Source: an uncultured archaeon
Lineage (GTDB): Archaea; Altiarchaeota; Altiarchaeia; IMC4; SCGC-AAA252-I15
NCBI GenBank assembly: GCA_964587725.1
Contig: CAZPLO010000006.1
Coordinates: 20,548-68,184, forward strand
Reading direction: 5' to 3'
DNA: 47,637 nucleotides
A program made the position numbers and the translations under genes. This document shows positions 19,517 through 28,647 of this stretch, in pieces. The stretch's first letter is position 1. Each line of letters opens with the position of its first letter. Under the pieces are notes generated by a model. The model worked only from the letters and a program-made list of their open reading frames with translations. It made no database searches and was not told the origin of the DNA.

Positions 19517-21229
19517 ATGGAGTTCAGGTTTCAGACGCGGAGGAAGGACGCCGCAGGCAGGGTGGGGAGGGTGACGTTGAACGGTAAGACTGTGGACACG
19601 CCGACGCTGATGCCCGTCCACAACCCTCGGCGACCCGTGATACCGGTTGATGAGTTGAAAGAGGACTTCCGCGCGCAGGCGATAATGTGCAACGCCTACA
19701 CGCTGATGAAGAACCCCGACCTCCGCAAAAAAGCGGAAGCCGACGGCATACATTCGCTGCTGGGATACGACGGAGTAATAGCGACGGACTCCGGCAGCTA
19801 CCAGCTGATGGTCTACGGCGCAGTGGAAACCACCAACAGGGAGGTCATCGGATTCGAGGAGAAGATAGGCACCGACATCGGCTCCTACCTTGACATACCC
19901 ACGTTACCAGACGCCTACAAGCCCCGGGCAGAGGAGCAGCTGAAGAAGACTCTGGAAAGAGCCAAAGAGGCGTTGAACGCGAAGTTCACGGTGAACGCTG
20001 CCGTGCAAGGAGGCAGATACCCTGACTTACGGGCGAAGGCCGCCGAGGAGATAGGCCGGGACTTCCAGCTCACCGCCGTCGGAGGGATAGTGCCATTAAT
20101 GGAGTCCTACCGTTTCGCGGAGCTGGTGGACATTATAGCGGCCGTGAAACAGCATATGCCGTTGGACCGGGTCGTGCACGCCTTCGGCCTCGGACACCCC
20201 ATGGTGTTCCCGCTCGCCGCCCTACTGGGGTGCGACCTGTTCGACTCCGCCGCCTACGCGCTGTACGCGCGGGACGGAAGGTATATGACGGAATACGGGA
20301 CGGAACAGGTGGAGGGCCTGCACCACCTCCCATGCCAGTGCCCCGTCTGCACAGAACACGGGCTGAAACTGAAGAAACTCTACGGCGAAGACCGTGTGAA
20401 GGCGCTGGCGAGACACAACCTCCACGTGTCGTATGCGATGCTGGAACGCGTGAGGCAGGCCATAGTGGATGGGCGGCTGTGGGAGCTGGTGTGCCTGCAG
20501 AGCCGAAGCCACCCCAAGCTCATGGAGGCCCTGGACTCCCTGATGGAACACAGCGGATGGGTTGCGGAACTAGACCCCGTAACCAAGAGGAAGGCGTTCT
20601 TCCACACCGGAGCCGAATCCGGTAGGAGGAGCGAGGTGTTGAACGCCCGCGCCCGGATGCATAGAATCACAACACACAACACGGTCCCGTTGAAGCCCTT
20701 CGGCGACGTCCACGAGGAACTATTGGACATCTACCCCTTCAACGGGGTGTGGAGCATGACCGACGAGGTGAAGCCGAAGGTCAGGGACATTATGAAGCTG
20801 CGGGCCATCATGGAGTACCAGTTCGGCGCCGGCGCGGGCGAGCTGCTGCCCGACGACCTGGTGGTGAAGAAATCCAGGAACACCCGCAGGATAAGGTGGC
20901 TGTACGTGGGCGGCGGGATGATAGCGGCGGTTCGAGCATCCGACCACTTCATACTCCCTCATACGTGGTTGGCCGAGCGACTGCACAGTAGATTCGAATA
21001 CCCGCGGCTGCGCGTCGTATTGGAGGACGACGAAGATGCCATAGGTTATGTGCGCACCGGGAAGTCGGTGATGTGCAAGTTCGTCAAGGAAGTGGACATG
21101 GAGCTGCGGGCGGGTGAAGAATGCCTGATAGTGGACGAACAGGACAACCTCGTAGGGAACGGCACCCTCGCACTCAGCCCCCCAGAGATAATGGACTACG
21201 GCTACGGCATGGCCGTGAGGCCGCGGTGA
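19517..21229 (+). CDS. tgtA: tRNA-guanine(15) transglycosylase (archaeosine pathway) with PUA domain
   Basis: TPTLMPV, DSGSYQL, HAFG, DLFDSAAY, CQCPVC..HNL zinc site, YQFG, C-terminal PUA. Confidence 0.95.
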   Translation: MEFRFQTRRKDAAGRVGRVTLNGKTVDTPTLMPVHNPRRPVIPVDELKEDFRAQAIMCNAYTLMKNPDLRKKAEADGIHSLLGYDGVIATDSGSYQLMVYGAVETTNREVIGFEEKIGTDIGSYLDIPTLPDAYKPRAEEQLKKTLERAKEALNAKFTVNAAVQGGRYPDLRAKAAEEIGRDFQLTAVGGIVPLMESYRFAELVDIIAAVKQHMPLDRVVHAFGLGHPMVFPLAALLGCDLFDSAAYALYARDGRYMTEYGTEQVEGLHHLPCQCPVCTEHGLKLKKLYGEDRVKALARHNLHVSYAMLERVRQAIVDGRLWELVCLQSRSHPKLMEALDSLMEHSGWVAELDPVTKRKAFFHTGAESGRRSEVLNARARMHRITTHNTVPLKPFGDVHEELLDIYPFNGVWSMTDEVKPKVRDIMKLRAIMEYQFGAGAGELLPDDLVVKKSRNTRRIRWLYVGGGMIAAVRASDHFILPHTWLAERLHSRFEYPRLRVVLEDDEDAIGYVRTGKSVMCKFVKEVDMELRAGEECLIVDEQDNLVGNGTLALSPPEIMDYGYGMAVRPR

Positions 21230-21263
21230 AAACTTAAACACTATAAACTTTTTTCAAAACAGT

Positions 21264-22037
21264 TTAAACCACTCTGCCTATGCGGCAGAGGCGGCAGCCG
21301 TATTTTGAACACACCCCCTCCAAGGTGACGTACTCGTATTCCGGCAGTGTTACTATGAAGTTGTCCAGGTTCCGCGTGGTAGGGTAGGGGAGGTTTTCCC
21401 CCAACTTGAACTCCCTGCCGGATTTCTCGCTCATCTCATACACCACGGATACGAGACCTCCTTTTGTCACGTCCTTTGCGGAGTTGAACCTCACCTTCTC
21501 CAATGCATCATACCATGTGTCGAAGAGCACCTTCGCCTTCTTCAGGCGTTCCCCGCGTTCACCCCATATGGGCTCGCCCAACAACGCTATGACGTCGTCT
21601 TCCTGGGCGTTGGAATCCCGTATCGGCTCATCCAGCAACAGTTCACCGACTACCGTGAGGCTGCACCGGGGCTCAACACCCTCGTAGAGGGTGTTGCCGC
21701 CAATCAACGGTATGTTCAACGCCTCCGCCTGCTCCTTCAATGAGTCAATCATCTCCTCCACTTCCCCGCGGGAGCCGATGACAGTGTCCAATGCGAACAG
21801 CGGCCTCCCTCCCTTCACCACCACGTCCGTTGCTGCGTGGACGAGCGCACTCTTCAACACCAGCCGTTTGGTGTAGGGGCCGTCGACGGACGCCACCAGC
21901 CTGCCCGTGAATTCCACGCATACTGCGTCGTCCCAGTCGCGGACCCCCATCACCGGCTTTATCATGCCGTCCATGGACGCCAGCCGATTCCGAATCCACT
22001 TCACGTCCTCCACGTATTTTTTCACCACATCCGTCAC
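21264..22037 (-). CDS. AIR synthase-related (PurM/ThiL/SelD/HypE superfamily) protein
   Basis: Start re-assigned to GTG 22037 (GTGA overlap); DDAVC, SVDG, TDVVVKGGRPLFALD, IGGNT, DVTKGGL. Confidence 0.8.
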   Translation of the reverse strand: MTDVVKKYVEDVKWIRNRLASMDGMIKPVMGVRDWDDAVCVEFTGRLVASVDGPYTKRLVLKSALVHAATDVVVKGGRPLFALDTVIGSRGEVEEMIDSLKEQAEALNIPLIGGNTLYEGVEPRCSLTVVGELLLDEPIRDSNAQEDDVIALLGEPIWGERGERLKKAKVLFDTWYDALEKVRFNSAKDVTKGGLVSVVYEMSEKSGREFKLGENLPYPTTRNLDNFIVTLPEYEYVTLEGVCSKYGCRLCRIGRVV

Positions 22038-22426
22038 TCCAGTTCCTCCAGGGCGGGGCAGAAGCTCGCCCTCGCCGCGTAGCCTACCCCCATTATTTTG
22101 AAGAACGGGAACTCCCTGCACACAGTGGGACGGTGCTGGTGGACCGTGCACCTGTCGTCTCTGAGGAACAAGCACCTGCCGTTAACTCTCTTAAGCGATG
22201 GCTCGCCGTCGTAGGAGACAAAGTCTCTGTAGCCGGCCGCCTCCAGACGCCTGATGTCGTCTTCGGTTACCGGTATGACGCGGAACCTGCAGCAGTTCCC
22301 GCAGCAGGTGCAGTTGAACTCGCTCCGCCGCCGGTAGATGCCGGCCTGCCGAAGCCACGACGGAGCATTAGCTAACACAGCCACCGATGCTGCCACTATC
22401 AACGTTAAAAAAACGGCGTCGGCCAT
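22034..22426 (-). CDS. YkgJ-family (CxxCxxCC) Fe-S/Zn cluster protein with N-terminal hydrophobic segment
   Basis: CTCCGNCC, GRCLFL...CTVHQHRPTVCREFPF. Confidence 0.85.
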   Translation of the reverse strand: MADAVFLTLIVAASVAVLANAPSWLRQAGIYRRRSEFNCTCCGNCCRFRVIPVTEDDIRRLEAAGYRDFVSYDGEPSLKRVNGRCLFLRDDRCTVHQHRPTVCREFPFFKIMGVGYAARASFCPALEELE

Positions 22427-22499
22427 AGGATAGAGTATAGTAGAGCATTATTTTTAAAGGAAGACAACATAAGTTTAACGTTTTAGTTTCTGGTGGTCC

Positions 22500-22880
22500 A
22501 TGGCAGCCAAGAAGACCGGGAAGAGGAAAAATACCAAGGCATCCAAGAGTAAGAAGTCCGCGAAAAAGAAGACATCAAGGAAGAAGAGCAGGAAGAAGAC
22601 CTCCAGAAAAACCAAGGCCTCCAAGAAAAAGACGGTCAGGAAGAAAGCCCCCAAAAGAAGGAGGAAGAAACTAACCTGCTGCCCCCACTGCCCCGACTAC
22701 GAGAAATGCGAGGACCGCGGGGAATGCTGCGAATACTGCGACTACTACGTCAACGGTAAATGCACCTACGGCGGCAAGATAACGCTGCCCACCATGGTCT
22801 CCGACATAGAGTTGGCGGACTACCGCGGAGACGACTACGGCATAGACGACTACGAAGCCTACGACTACGGCTACGAATAA
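22500..22880 (+). CDS. Hypothetical protein: Lys/Arg-rich N-terminus, 8-Cys cluster, Asp/Tyr-rich tail
   Basis: Compositional domains seen directly; GGTGG SD-like sequence upstream; codon usage like its neighbours. Confidence 0.75.
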   Translation: MAAKKTGKRKNTKASKSKKSAKKKTSRKKSRKKTSRKTKASKKKTVRKKAPKRRRKKLTCCPHCPDYEKCEDRGECCEYCDYYVNGKCTYGGKITLPTMVSDIELADYRGDDYGIDDYEAYDYGYE

Positions 22881-23614
22881 CCCCGCAGGTCCAGGGACAC
22901 GCGGTTGAACTGCAGTTTATCATTAATTTCGTCGGCGTGTTCCAACACGGCCCCGAACCCGCTTATGAGGGTTTCTATCCTTGCATTGTCTCCCTCCACA
23001 CGCACCCTAACCTGCTCCAGCCCCAGTGAACGCAAATAGTCTTCAGAGTCCTCGACTCTGCGGAGCAGCTCTTCGGTGACCTCCACGCCCGACGGTACCC
23101 GGGTGGCGAGGCACGCCCCCGAAGGCCGGACCTTGATACCGTATTCGGCGGCTAGGGCGCGGACATCATCCTTCGACATACCCAGTTCCACGTACGGGCT
23201 GAGTACGCCAGCCTCCTGCAGCGCACGGTAGCCGGGGCGGTGGCCCTGGAGTTCGTCCACCGTCGTCCCCTCCACAACGCACGACAAACCGTGGTCGGCA
23301 GCCATCTCCTTCAGGCGGGACGCCATCAGCCGCTTGCAGAAGTAGCACCTGTTTTCAGGGTTCCTGATGAAGTCTTCATCCTCCAGCAGATTCAACCCCA
23401 CCGTCAGGTGGCGTATTCCAATCGACGTAGCCGCCTCCACGGCATGCTTGATTTCGCGGCGGGGGACCGCCGGGGTGTCGAATGTAACTGCAAGCGCGTC
23501 GTCTCCCAGGACGTCGTACGCCGCCTTGGCCAGTACGCTGCTGTCGACGCCGCCCGAACACGCCACCAATACGGAGCCTTTACCCTTCAGCCAGCCAGCC
23601 AACGCCATCAGCAT
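22871..23614 (-). CDS. larE: LarE-family ATP-dependent sulfur transferase (PP-loop, TIGR00268-like)
   Basis: SGGVDS, NPENRCYFCK, HRPG, ACLATR, QVRVR, LDLRGY. Confidence 0.88.
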   Translation of the reverse strand: MLMALAGWLKGKGSVLVACSGGVDSSVLAKAAYDVLGDDALAVTFDTPAVPRREIKHAVEAATSIGIRHLTVGLNLLEDEDFIRNPENRCYFCKRLMASRLKEMAADHGLSCVVEGTTVDELQGHRPGYRALQEAGVLSPYVELGMSKDDVRALAAEYGIKVRPSGACLATRVPSGVEVTEELLRRVEDSEDYLRSLGLEQVRVRVEGDNARIETLISGFGAVLEHADEINDKLQFNRVSLDLRGYS

Positions 23615-23644
23615 ATATTAACCGCGTCAATTATTTATAGGAGC

Positions 23645-24874
23645 ATGAACTCGAGGATAAAAGGGTTTTACAAGCTTGCGCCTGAGGAGCGACTCGCCAG
23701 ACTGCAGGAGGAATGCGGTCTCACAGACGACGAAGTCGGCGTGTTGCCGAGCGTGGGGTTGAACCTGGAGCAGGCGGACCGTATGATAGAAAACGTGGTC
23801 GGCCGCTTTGAAATCCCGCTGGGGGTGGCAGTGAACTTCAAGATAAACGGGAGAGACTACCTCATTCCGATGGCGACGGAGGAGCCGTCTGTTGTTGCGG
23901 CAGCAAGCAACGCAGCCAGGATGGTCCGCGGAGGAGGCGGGTTCAAGGCCTCCAGCACGGAACCTGTGATGATAGGGCAGATACAGGTTGTGAACCCCTC
24001 GGACGAGGCGGGGGGGAAGGTTCTCGGCGAGAAAAAGAAACTCATTGAATACGCCAACAGCCTCGACCCCACGCTGGTGAAGTTCGGCGGAGGCGCAACA
24101 GACTTGAATGTGAGGGAGGTCGCCGGCATGCTCGTAGTCCACTTGTACGTGAACGTGGCGGACGCGATGGGCGCGAACGCCGTCAACACCATGTGCGAGG
24201 CGCTGGCGCCCCGCATAGAGGAGCTGTCCGGCGGCGAAGTCGTGCTTAAGATACTGTCCAACTACGCGGTGGAGCGGACGGCGAAGGCCTCGTGTGTCAT
24301 CCCTGCAAAGGCCCTCGGCGGCGAACAGGTGGTGGACAGGATCATATGGGCCTACCGTCTCGCAGCCGCAGACACATACCGTGCCGTCACCCACAACAAG
24401 GGGGTGATGAACGGCGTCACCGCCGTTGTTTTGGCGACCGGCAACGACACCCGCGCCGTGGAGGCGGGCTGCCACAGCTTCGCCTGCAGGGAGGGAGGAT
24501 ACGGCACCTTAACCTCCTGGGTGAAGAACAGGGAGGGGGATTTGGAGGGCAGCATCGAAATACCCGTGGCCGTGGGCCTGGTGGGCGGAGCCACCAAGAC
24601 GCATCCGGTGGCGAAGGCTGCTGTTAAGATACTGGGCGTGAAGTCGGCGCGGGAGCTCGGCGAAGTGCTTGCGGCGGTGGGGCTGGCACAGAACCTCGCC
24701 GCGTTGAGGGCGCTGGCGGCCGAAGGCATACAGGAAGGCCACATGAAACTCCACGCCCGCAACATAGCCGTGACGGCGGGGGCCGGAGGAGAAGACGTGG
24801 ACAGGGTTGCTGAAGAGATGATCGAGTCGGGCAGGATAAGCGTGGACGAGGCAGAGAGGATACTGAATGCTTAA
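23645..24874 (+). CDS. mvaA: HMG-CoA reductase, class II
   Basis: Start set at MNSRIKGFYK; MIENVVG, MATEEPSVVAAAS, DAMGAN, THNKG, EGIQEGHMKLH. Confidence 0.93.
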   Translation: MNSRIKGFYKLAPEERLARLQEECGLTDDEVGVLPSVGLNLEQADRMIENVVGRFEIPLGVAVNFKINGRDYLIPMATEEPSVVAAASNAARMVRGGGGFKASSTEPVMIGQIQVVNPSDEAGGKVLGEKKKLIEYANSLDPTLVKFGGGATDLNVREVAGMLVVHLYVNVADAMGANAVNTMCEALAPRIEELSGGEVVLKILSNYAVERTAKASCVIPAKALGGEQVVDRIIWAYRLAAADTYRAVTHNKGVMNGVTAVVLATGNDTRAVEAGCHSFACREGGYGTLTSWVKNREGDLEGSIEIPVAVGLVGGATKTHPVAKAAVKILGVKSARELGEVLAAVGLAQNLAALRALAAEGIQEGHMKLHARNIAVTAGAGGEDVDRVAEEMIESGRISVDEAERILNA

Positions 24875-25728
24875 GACGGTTCTATGTGGACTACCACGTC
24901 CTTTATGGCGGGAATCTCCTTCTTCAGCCGCTCCTCCACTTTGTGGCTGAGGTCGTGGGCCTCCCCCAAAGGCATGTCCGGCCGCACCACCATGTGGAGG
25001 TCGACGTACACACCGTTTTCGCTCCCACGAGTCCGTATCTTGTGGAAGCCCTCTATGCCGGACACCGACTCGAGGACGCGGAGTATAACGTTCTCCTCCA
25101 GCATGGAGGTGTCGCACAGTACCGTGGAAGAGCTCTTGAGTATCCCGTACGCGGTCCGGCCTATCAATGCCGCAATCGCCAATGATATGAAAGGATCGAC
25201 CAGCGGGTAACCCATCCTCACCGCGGCGAAGCCTATCATCACCGAAACCGACGCGTAGACGTCGCTGCGGGTGTGGTGGCTGTCCGCCACCAATACCTGG
25301 CTGTGGAGTTTATGACCCACCCGGTACTCGTAACGGGACACGAACACGTTAACTATGGTGGTTATTATCATCACCGCGAAGGTGACCGCTGTTATGTCCG
25401 GCTCCACCGGTTTCATGAACCGGTCGACTGCGCCGTGTACTATCCCGAACGCGGTAATGAACAGTAGCAGGCCTATGCCGACCGCCGCGAACGTCTCATA
25501 CTTGCTGTGGCCATATGGGTGGTCTTTGTCCGGCGGCTTACACGCTATGTACACCCCCACCAACCCGATGATATTGGATGTGGAGTCGAAGAAGCTGTGG
25601 GCTGCGTCAGCCATCATGCTCAGCGAGTTCGCCAGGAACCCGAACACCAGCTTAGCAACAGCCACGGACATGTTGAGGACTAACACGGCCGCCAGAACAG
25701 CCTTGACCCTGCCGTAGTCCTCTTTCAT
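24871..25728 (-). CDS. Cation diffusion facilitator (FieF-like) transporter
   Basis: ADAAHSFFD, HPYGHSKYE, ADSHHTRSD, C-terminal AHDLS...VVVHIEP. Confidence 0.93.
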   Translation of the reverse strand: MKEDYGRVKAVLAAVLVLNMSVAVAKLVFGFLANSLSMMADAAHSFFDSTSNIIGLVGVYIACKPPDKDHPYGHSKYETFAAVGIGLLLFITAFGIVHGAVDRFMKPVEPDITAVTFAVMIITTIVNVFVSRYEYRVGHKLHSQVLVADSHHTRSDVYASVSVMIGFAAVRMGYPLVDPFISLAIAALIGRTAYGILKSSSTVLCDTSMLEENVILRVLESVSGIEGFHKIRTRGSENGVYVDLHMVVRPDMPLGEAHDLSHKVEERLKKEIPAIKDVVVHIEPS

Positions 25729-26619
25729 TTACCTGGTGGTCACCTCGCAGCCGTCCTCGGTCACAATCAACGTGTGCTCGAACTGGCTTACCATACCCTT
25801 CCCCCTGTCGTGCAGCGGAGGGTACGCCTTAAGTATCTCCTCCTGCGCGAGACGGTTCAGTATCAGGTTCAGTTTCAGGGGGTTGATTTTCTTCGCATAC
25901 CATCTGGCGGTGAACGGCAGGCCCTCACGCTCCGACAGAGACTTCATCAGCGCCCTCGCCTCCCGGCTCCTCGTCTTACGCTCCTCCACCACCGAATAGA
26001 TTTCGGCGGCCCTCGACTCTATGACGTGGCCTGCCCCGTCGGTGGCGAAAGGCTCGAACGCCAGCGCCATACCCTCCTCCAGCTTCCAGTCGTAAGGCAC
26101 CTTGATGTTCGGCACGCTCAGCCCCGCGTGTAAATCGTATTGTTGGAGTTCGTGGCCTGTAAGGTTTTCTATCGGACGGTAGCCTGCGCCGTCAAGGATG
26201 TTCTGCACGGTCTCGCCCAGTTTGCTCACCGACACCCCGGGCTCCACCAGCTTGATGGCTTCGTCGAGCGCGTGCCGGTTGGCCTCCAGCATCTTACCGT
26301 ACTCGCCTGTCAAATCCACCGTTACTGCGGTGTCGGCTATGTACCCGTTGTCGTGCACTCCGATATCCACCTTGACCACGTCCTGTTCAGTGAACTCCAC
26401 GGGGTCGTTGAATTTGGGCGCGTAGTGCGCGGCGATGTCGTTGACCGACACGTTCACCGGGAACGCGAGGCCGAAACCCATCTCCCCCGCCCTCTCCTCA
26501 ATCTTGTCCGCAACCTCCAGGTATTTCACCCCTGGCTTAACCATCTTTGAACCCCACTCTAACAGCTCCTTAGCGGCTTTCCCCGCCTTCCTGTAGGATT
26601 CCAGCTCCTCCTCGTCCAT
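25729..26619 (-). CDS. map: Methionine aminopeptidase type II
   Basis: AFPVN, AAHY, KVDIGVH.NGYIADTA, NLTGH, FEPFAT, SQFEHT. Confidence 0.96.
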   Translation of the reverse strand: MDEEELESYRKAGKAAKELLEWGSKMVKPGVKYLEVADKIEERAGEMGFGLAFPVNVSVNDIAAHYAPKFNDPVEFTEQDVVKVDIGVHDNGYIADTAVTVDLTGEYGKMLEANRHALDEAIKLVEPGVSVSKLGETVQNILDGAGYRPIENLTGHELQQYDLHAGLSVPNIKVPYDWKLEEGMALAFEPFATDGAGHVIESRAAEIYSVVEERKTRSREARALMKSLSEREGLPFTARWYAKKINPLKLNLILNRLAQEEILKAYPPLHDRGKGMVSQFEHTLIVTEDGCEVTTR

Positions 26620-26621
26620 GA

Positions 26622-27632
26622 CTATAACTGTGAGGGGTCGTTAAAAACCACGCCTTCCTTCAGCTGGACTGCGTAGCCGAACAGCCGCACCACGTCCGCG
26701 TTCGTCTTTAAGTGGCCTGTGACCTCCGGTATCTTAACTCTGCCGCCCGCCAACGCCACATAAGGTATGATCTGGTCCGCCATGTGGGAGTCCACAGCCC
26801 CGGGGGAGGACATTTCACCCATCAACTGCTTCGCGGCGGAGGCGCCGACGTCCTCCGCCTTCACACCCTTCTCACCCAACACGCACACCCCCAGTCTCGT
26901 GCCGTCGTATCCGGCGTATGCGGTGAACGACGACCCCACGCTCAACGACTCTGCGTAGCCTCGCTCAACAGCCTCCACTTCATGGTGGGGGCTCGCCTCC
27001 TTCATGAACCCTTTGGCCTGGCGTTCCGCCACCTCACGGCCCCGGAGGTGTTCGGTTGCCAGCGAGTGGACTTTCACCCCCGTGAGCCCCCCGCGTTCCG
27101 TGAACTCCAGCCGCCCCCCAGAGGGTTTCACCTCAACCTTCACCCTGCCTCCGCCCTTAGGGTAGAAGCCGCGCTCCAACACCTCCATTTCAACGTTGAA
27201 CCCAGACCTGCGGAGCATGTGCAGGAACACGTGCTCAAAATAGTCTGCGGTGGGGCTCCACCGGACGTCGGTGCCGCCCCGCACATCCAAGACGACTTTA
27301 TCGGGGGCTTTGAACGCCACCGGCAGAAGCGTCTGCAAAACAAGGGTGACGGAGCCTGCGGTGCCGACGTCGACCTTGAACGTGCCGGACGTTATTTCCC
27401 CGGGTGTGAAGGTGAACTCCGCGGAGCCGACCGACAACCCCGTGACCTCCCCGCCACACAATTCTGCGGCGGCCTCCACAGCCTTCAGGTGCTGGGGCCG
27501 CAGCCCCGGGTTAGGCCTCCCAGCCCGTATGTTGGTGACACGCACCGTCTCGCCTGTTACGGCGCTGAACGCCGCCGCCGTCCGTATTATCTGGCCGCCG
27601 CCCTCCCCCATGGAACCGTCCACCCCGATCAT
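26622..27632 (-). CDS. rtcA: RNA 3'-terminal phosphate cyclase
   Basis: DGSMGEGGGQIIR, RPNPGLRPQH, GTAGS, GGTDV, GFYPKGGG, DQ, TGHLKTN. Confidence 0.95.
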   Translation of the reverse strand: MIGVDGSMGEGGGQIIRTAAAFSAVTGETVRVTNIRAGRPNPGLRPQHLKAVEAAAELCGGEVTGLSVGSAEFTFTPGEITSGTFKVDVGTAGSVTLVLQTLLPVAFKAPDKVVLDVRGGTDVRWSPTADYFEHVFLHMLRRSGFNVEMEVLERGFYPKGGGRVKVEVKPSGGRLEFTERGGLTGVKVHSLATEHLRGREVAERQAKGFMKEASPHHEVEAVERGYAESLSVGSSFTAYAGYDGTRLGVCVLGEKGVKAEDVGASAAKQLMGEMSSPGAVDSHMADQIIPYVALAGGRVKIPEVTGHLKTNADVVRLFGYAVQLKEGVVFNDPSQL

Positions 27633-27661
27633 CTTTAAATTATATCCCCCTATGGATATAC

Positions 27662-28216
27662 ATGTTCATCGTCTTCGAAGGCATAGACGGGTGCGGGAAA
27701 AGCACGCACGCGCGGCTGCTGGCGGAGTGGCTGCGGGGGCGGGGCAAAGACGTGCTGCTGACTGCGGAACCCACGCGCGGCAGAATCGGGGAGTTCATCC
27801 GCGAGATACTGTCGGGTTCCATGGAGGTGGAGCCCACCACACTCGCGCTGCTGTTCACCGCGGACCGCGCAGAACACGTGACTGAAGTGGAGAAGGCGTT
27901 GGGGTCGGGGAAGACGGTGGTTTCTGAACGCTACTTCCACTCCACCGTCGCCTACCAGAGTGCGCAGGGCGTGGACCGCGACTGGCTCCTGCAGTTGAAC
28001 GGCTTCGCCCCCGAACCGGACCTGCTGCTGTTCCTGGACGTCGACCCAGGCGAAAGCGCCGTCAGAACCACCACAGGAGAAATATTCGAGACCACGGAAT
28101 TCCTGTCCAGGGTGCGGGAAGAGTACATGAAATTCGACCTGCGTACAATAGACACCGGCAGGCCCCGTGACGCCGTGCAGGAGCAGATACGGTCCATAGT
28201 GGCTGAACAACTCTAG
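27662..28216 (+). CDS. tmk: Thymidylate kinase
   Basis: FEGIDGCGKST, EP, LLFTADRAEH, ERYFHSTVAYQ. Confidence 0.95.
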   Translation: MFIVFEGIDGCGKSTHARLLAEWLRGRGKDVLLTAEPTRGRIGEFIREILSGSMEVEPTTLALLFTADRAEHVTEVEKALGSGKTVVSERYFHSTVAYQSAQGVDRDWLLQLNGFAPEPDLLLFLDVDPGESAVRTTTGEIFETTEFLSRVREEYMKFDLRTIDTGRPRDAVQEQIRSIVAEQL

Positions 28217-28232
28217 CGCAGGTCCGGCTTTT

Positions 28233-28646
28233 CTAGCGTTTCTCCGGTTGCATCAGCGCTTCCACTCCGTCGACGATGAAGTGGGTCCACAGCGACAGCG
28301 CAATAGGCTGAGCATACGGTATGTTGTATGCGGGCATCAGCAGCGACGCAGCCAAGGTGATGAGGAAGTGCGTCTCCAGCCGGAGCAGCCCCATGCCGGG
28401 GTAGAAGATTTTGTCCCGGATACGGTCCACGCTCATGTACATGCGGGGGTTCCCCATCATCTCCTTCAACGCGGGCCTGCTTTCCCTCCTCACCAGCAGT
28501 ATCAGGATGTGGTCCAAGTCCAGCAGGAGGGTGGCGGCCGCTGCGACAACAACCCAAAGAAGGAGCTGAACCGGCTCCGCTGAAATCCAAAGCCCGTACG
28601 CCAGCGCGACTGCGGCCGACGACGCGACATGTACTTTGGGGTGCAT
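28233..28646 (-). CDS. Membrane-bound metal-dependent hydrolase-like protein (YdjM-like)
   Basis: N-terminal H, LLDLDH, TH and HFIVD motifs within TM helices; follows the HD gene after 1 bp. Confidence 0.65.
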   Translation of the reverse strand: MHPKVHVASSAAVALAYGLWISAEPVQLLLWVVVAAAATLLLDLDHILILLVRRESRPALKEMMGNPRMYMSVDRIRDKIFYPGMGLLRLETHFLITLAASLLMPAYNIPYAQPIALSLWTHFIVDGVEALMQPEKR

Positions 28647-28647
28647 T

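Noticed and set aside
22038-22175. Possible fusion or frameshift between the YkgJ and PurM-like genes, or a SelD with Sec
   Set aside because: A clean GTGA stop/start overlap explains it; no SelD N-terminal motif and no in-frame TGA read-through needed.
23240-23644. Apparent N-terminal extension of HMG-CoA reductase
   Set aside because: Antisense to larE; the real start is ATG 23645, after a GGAG.
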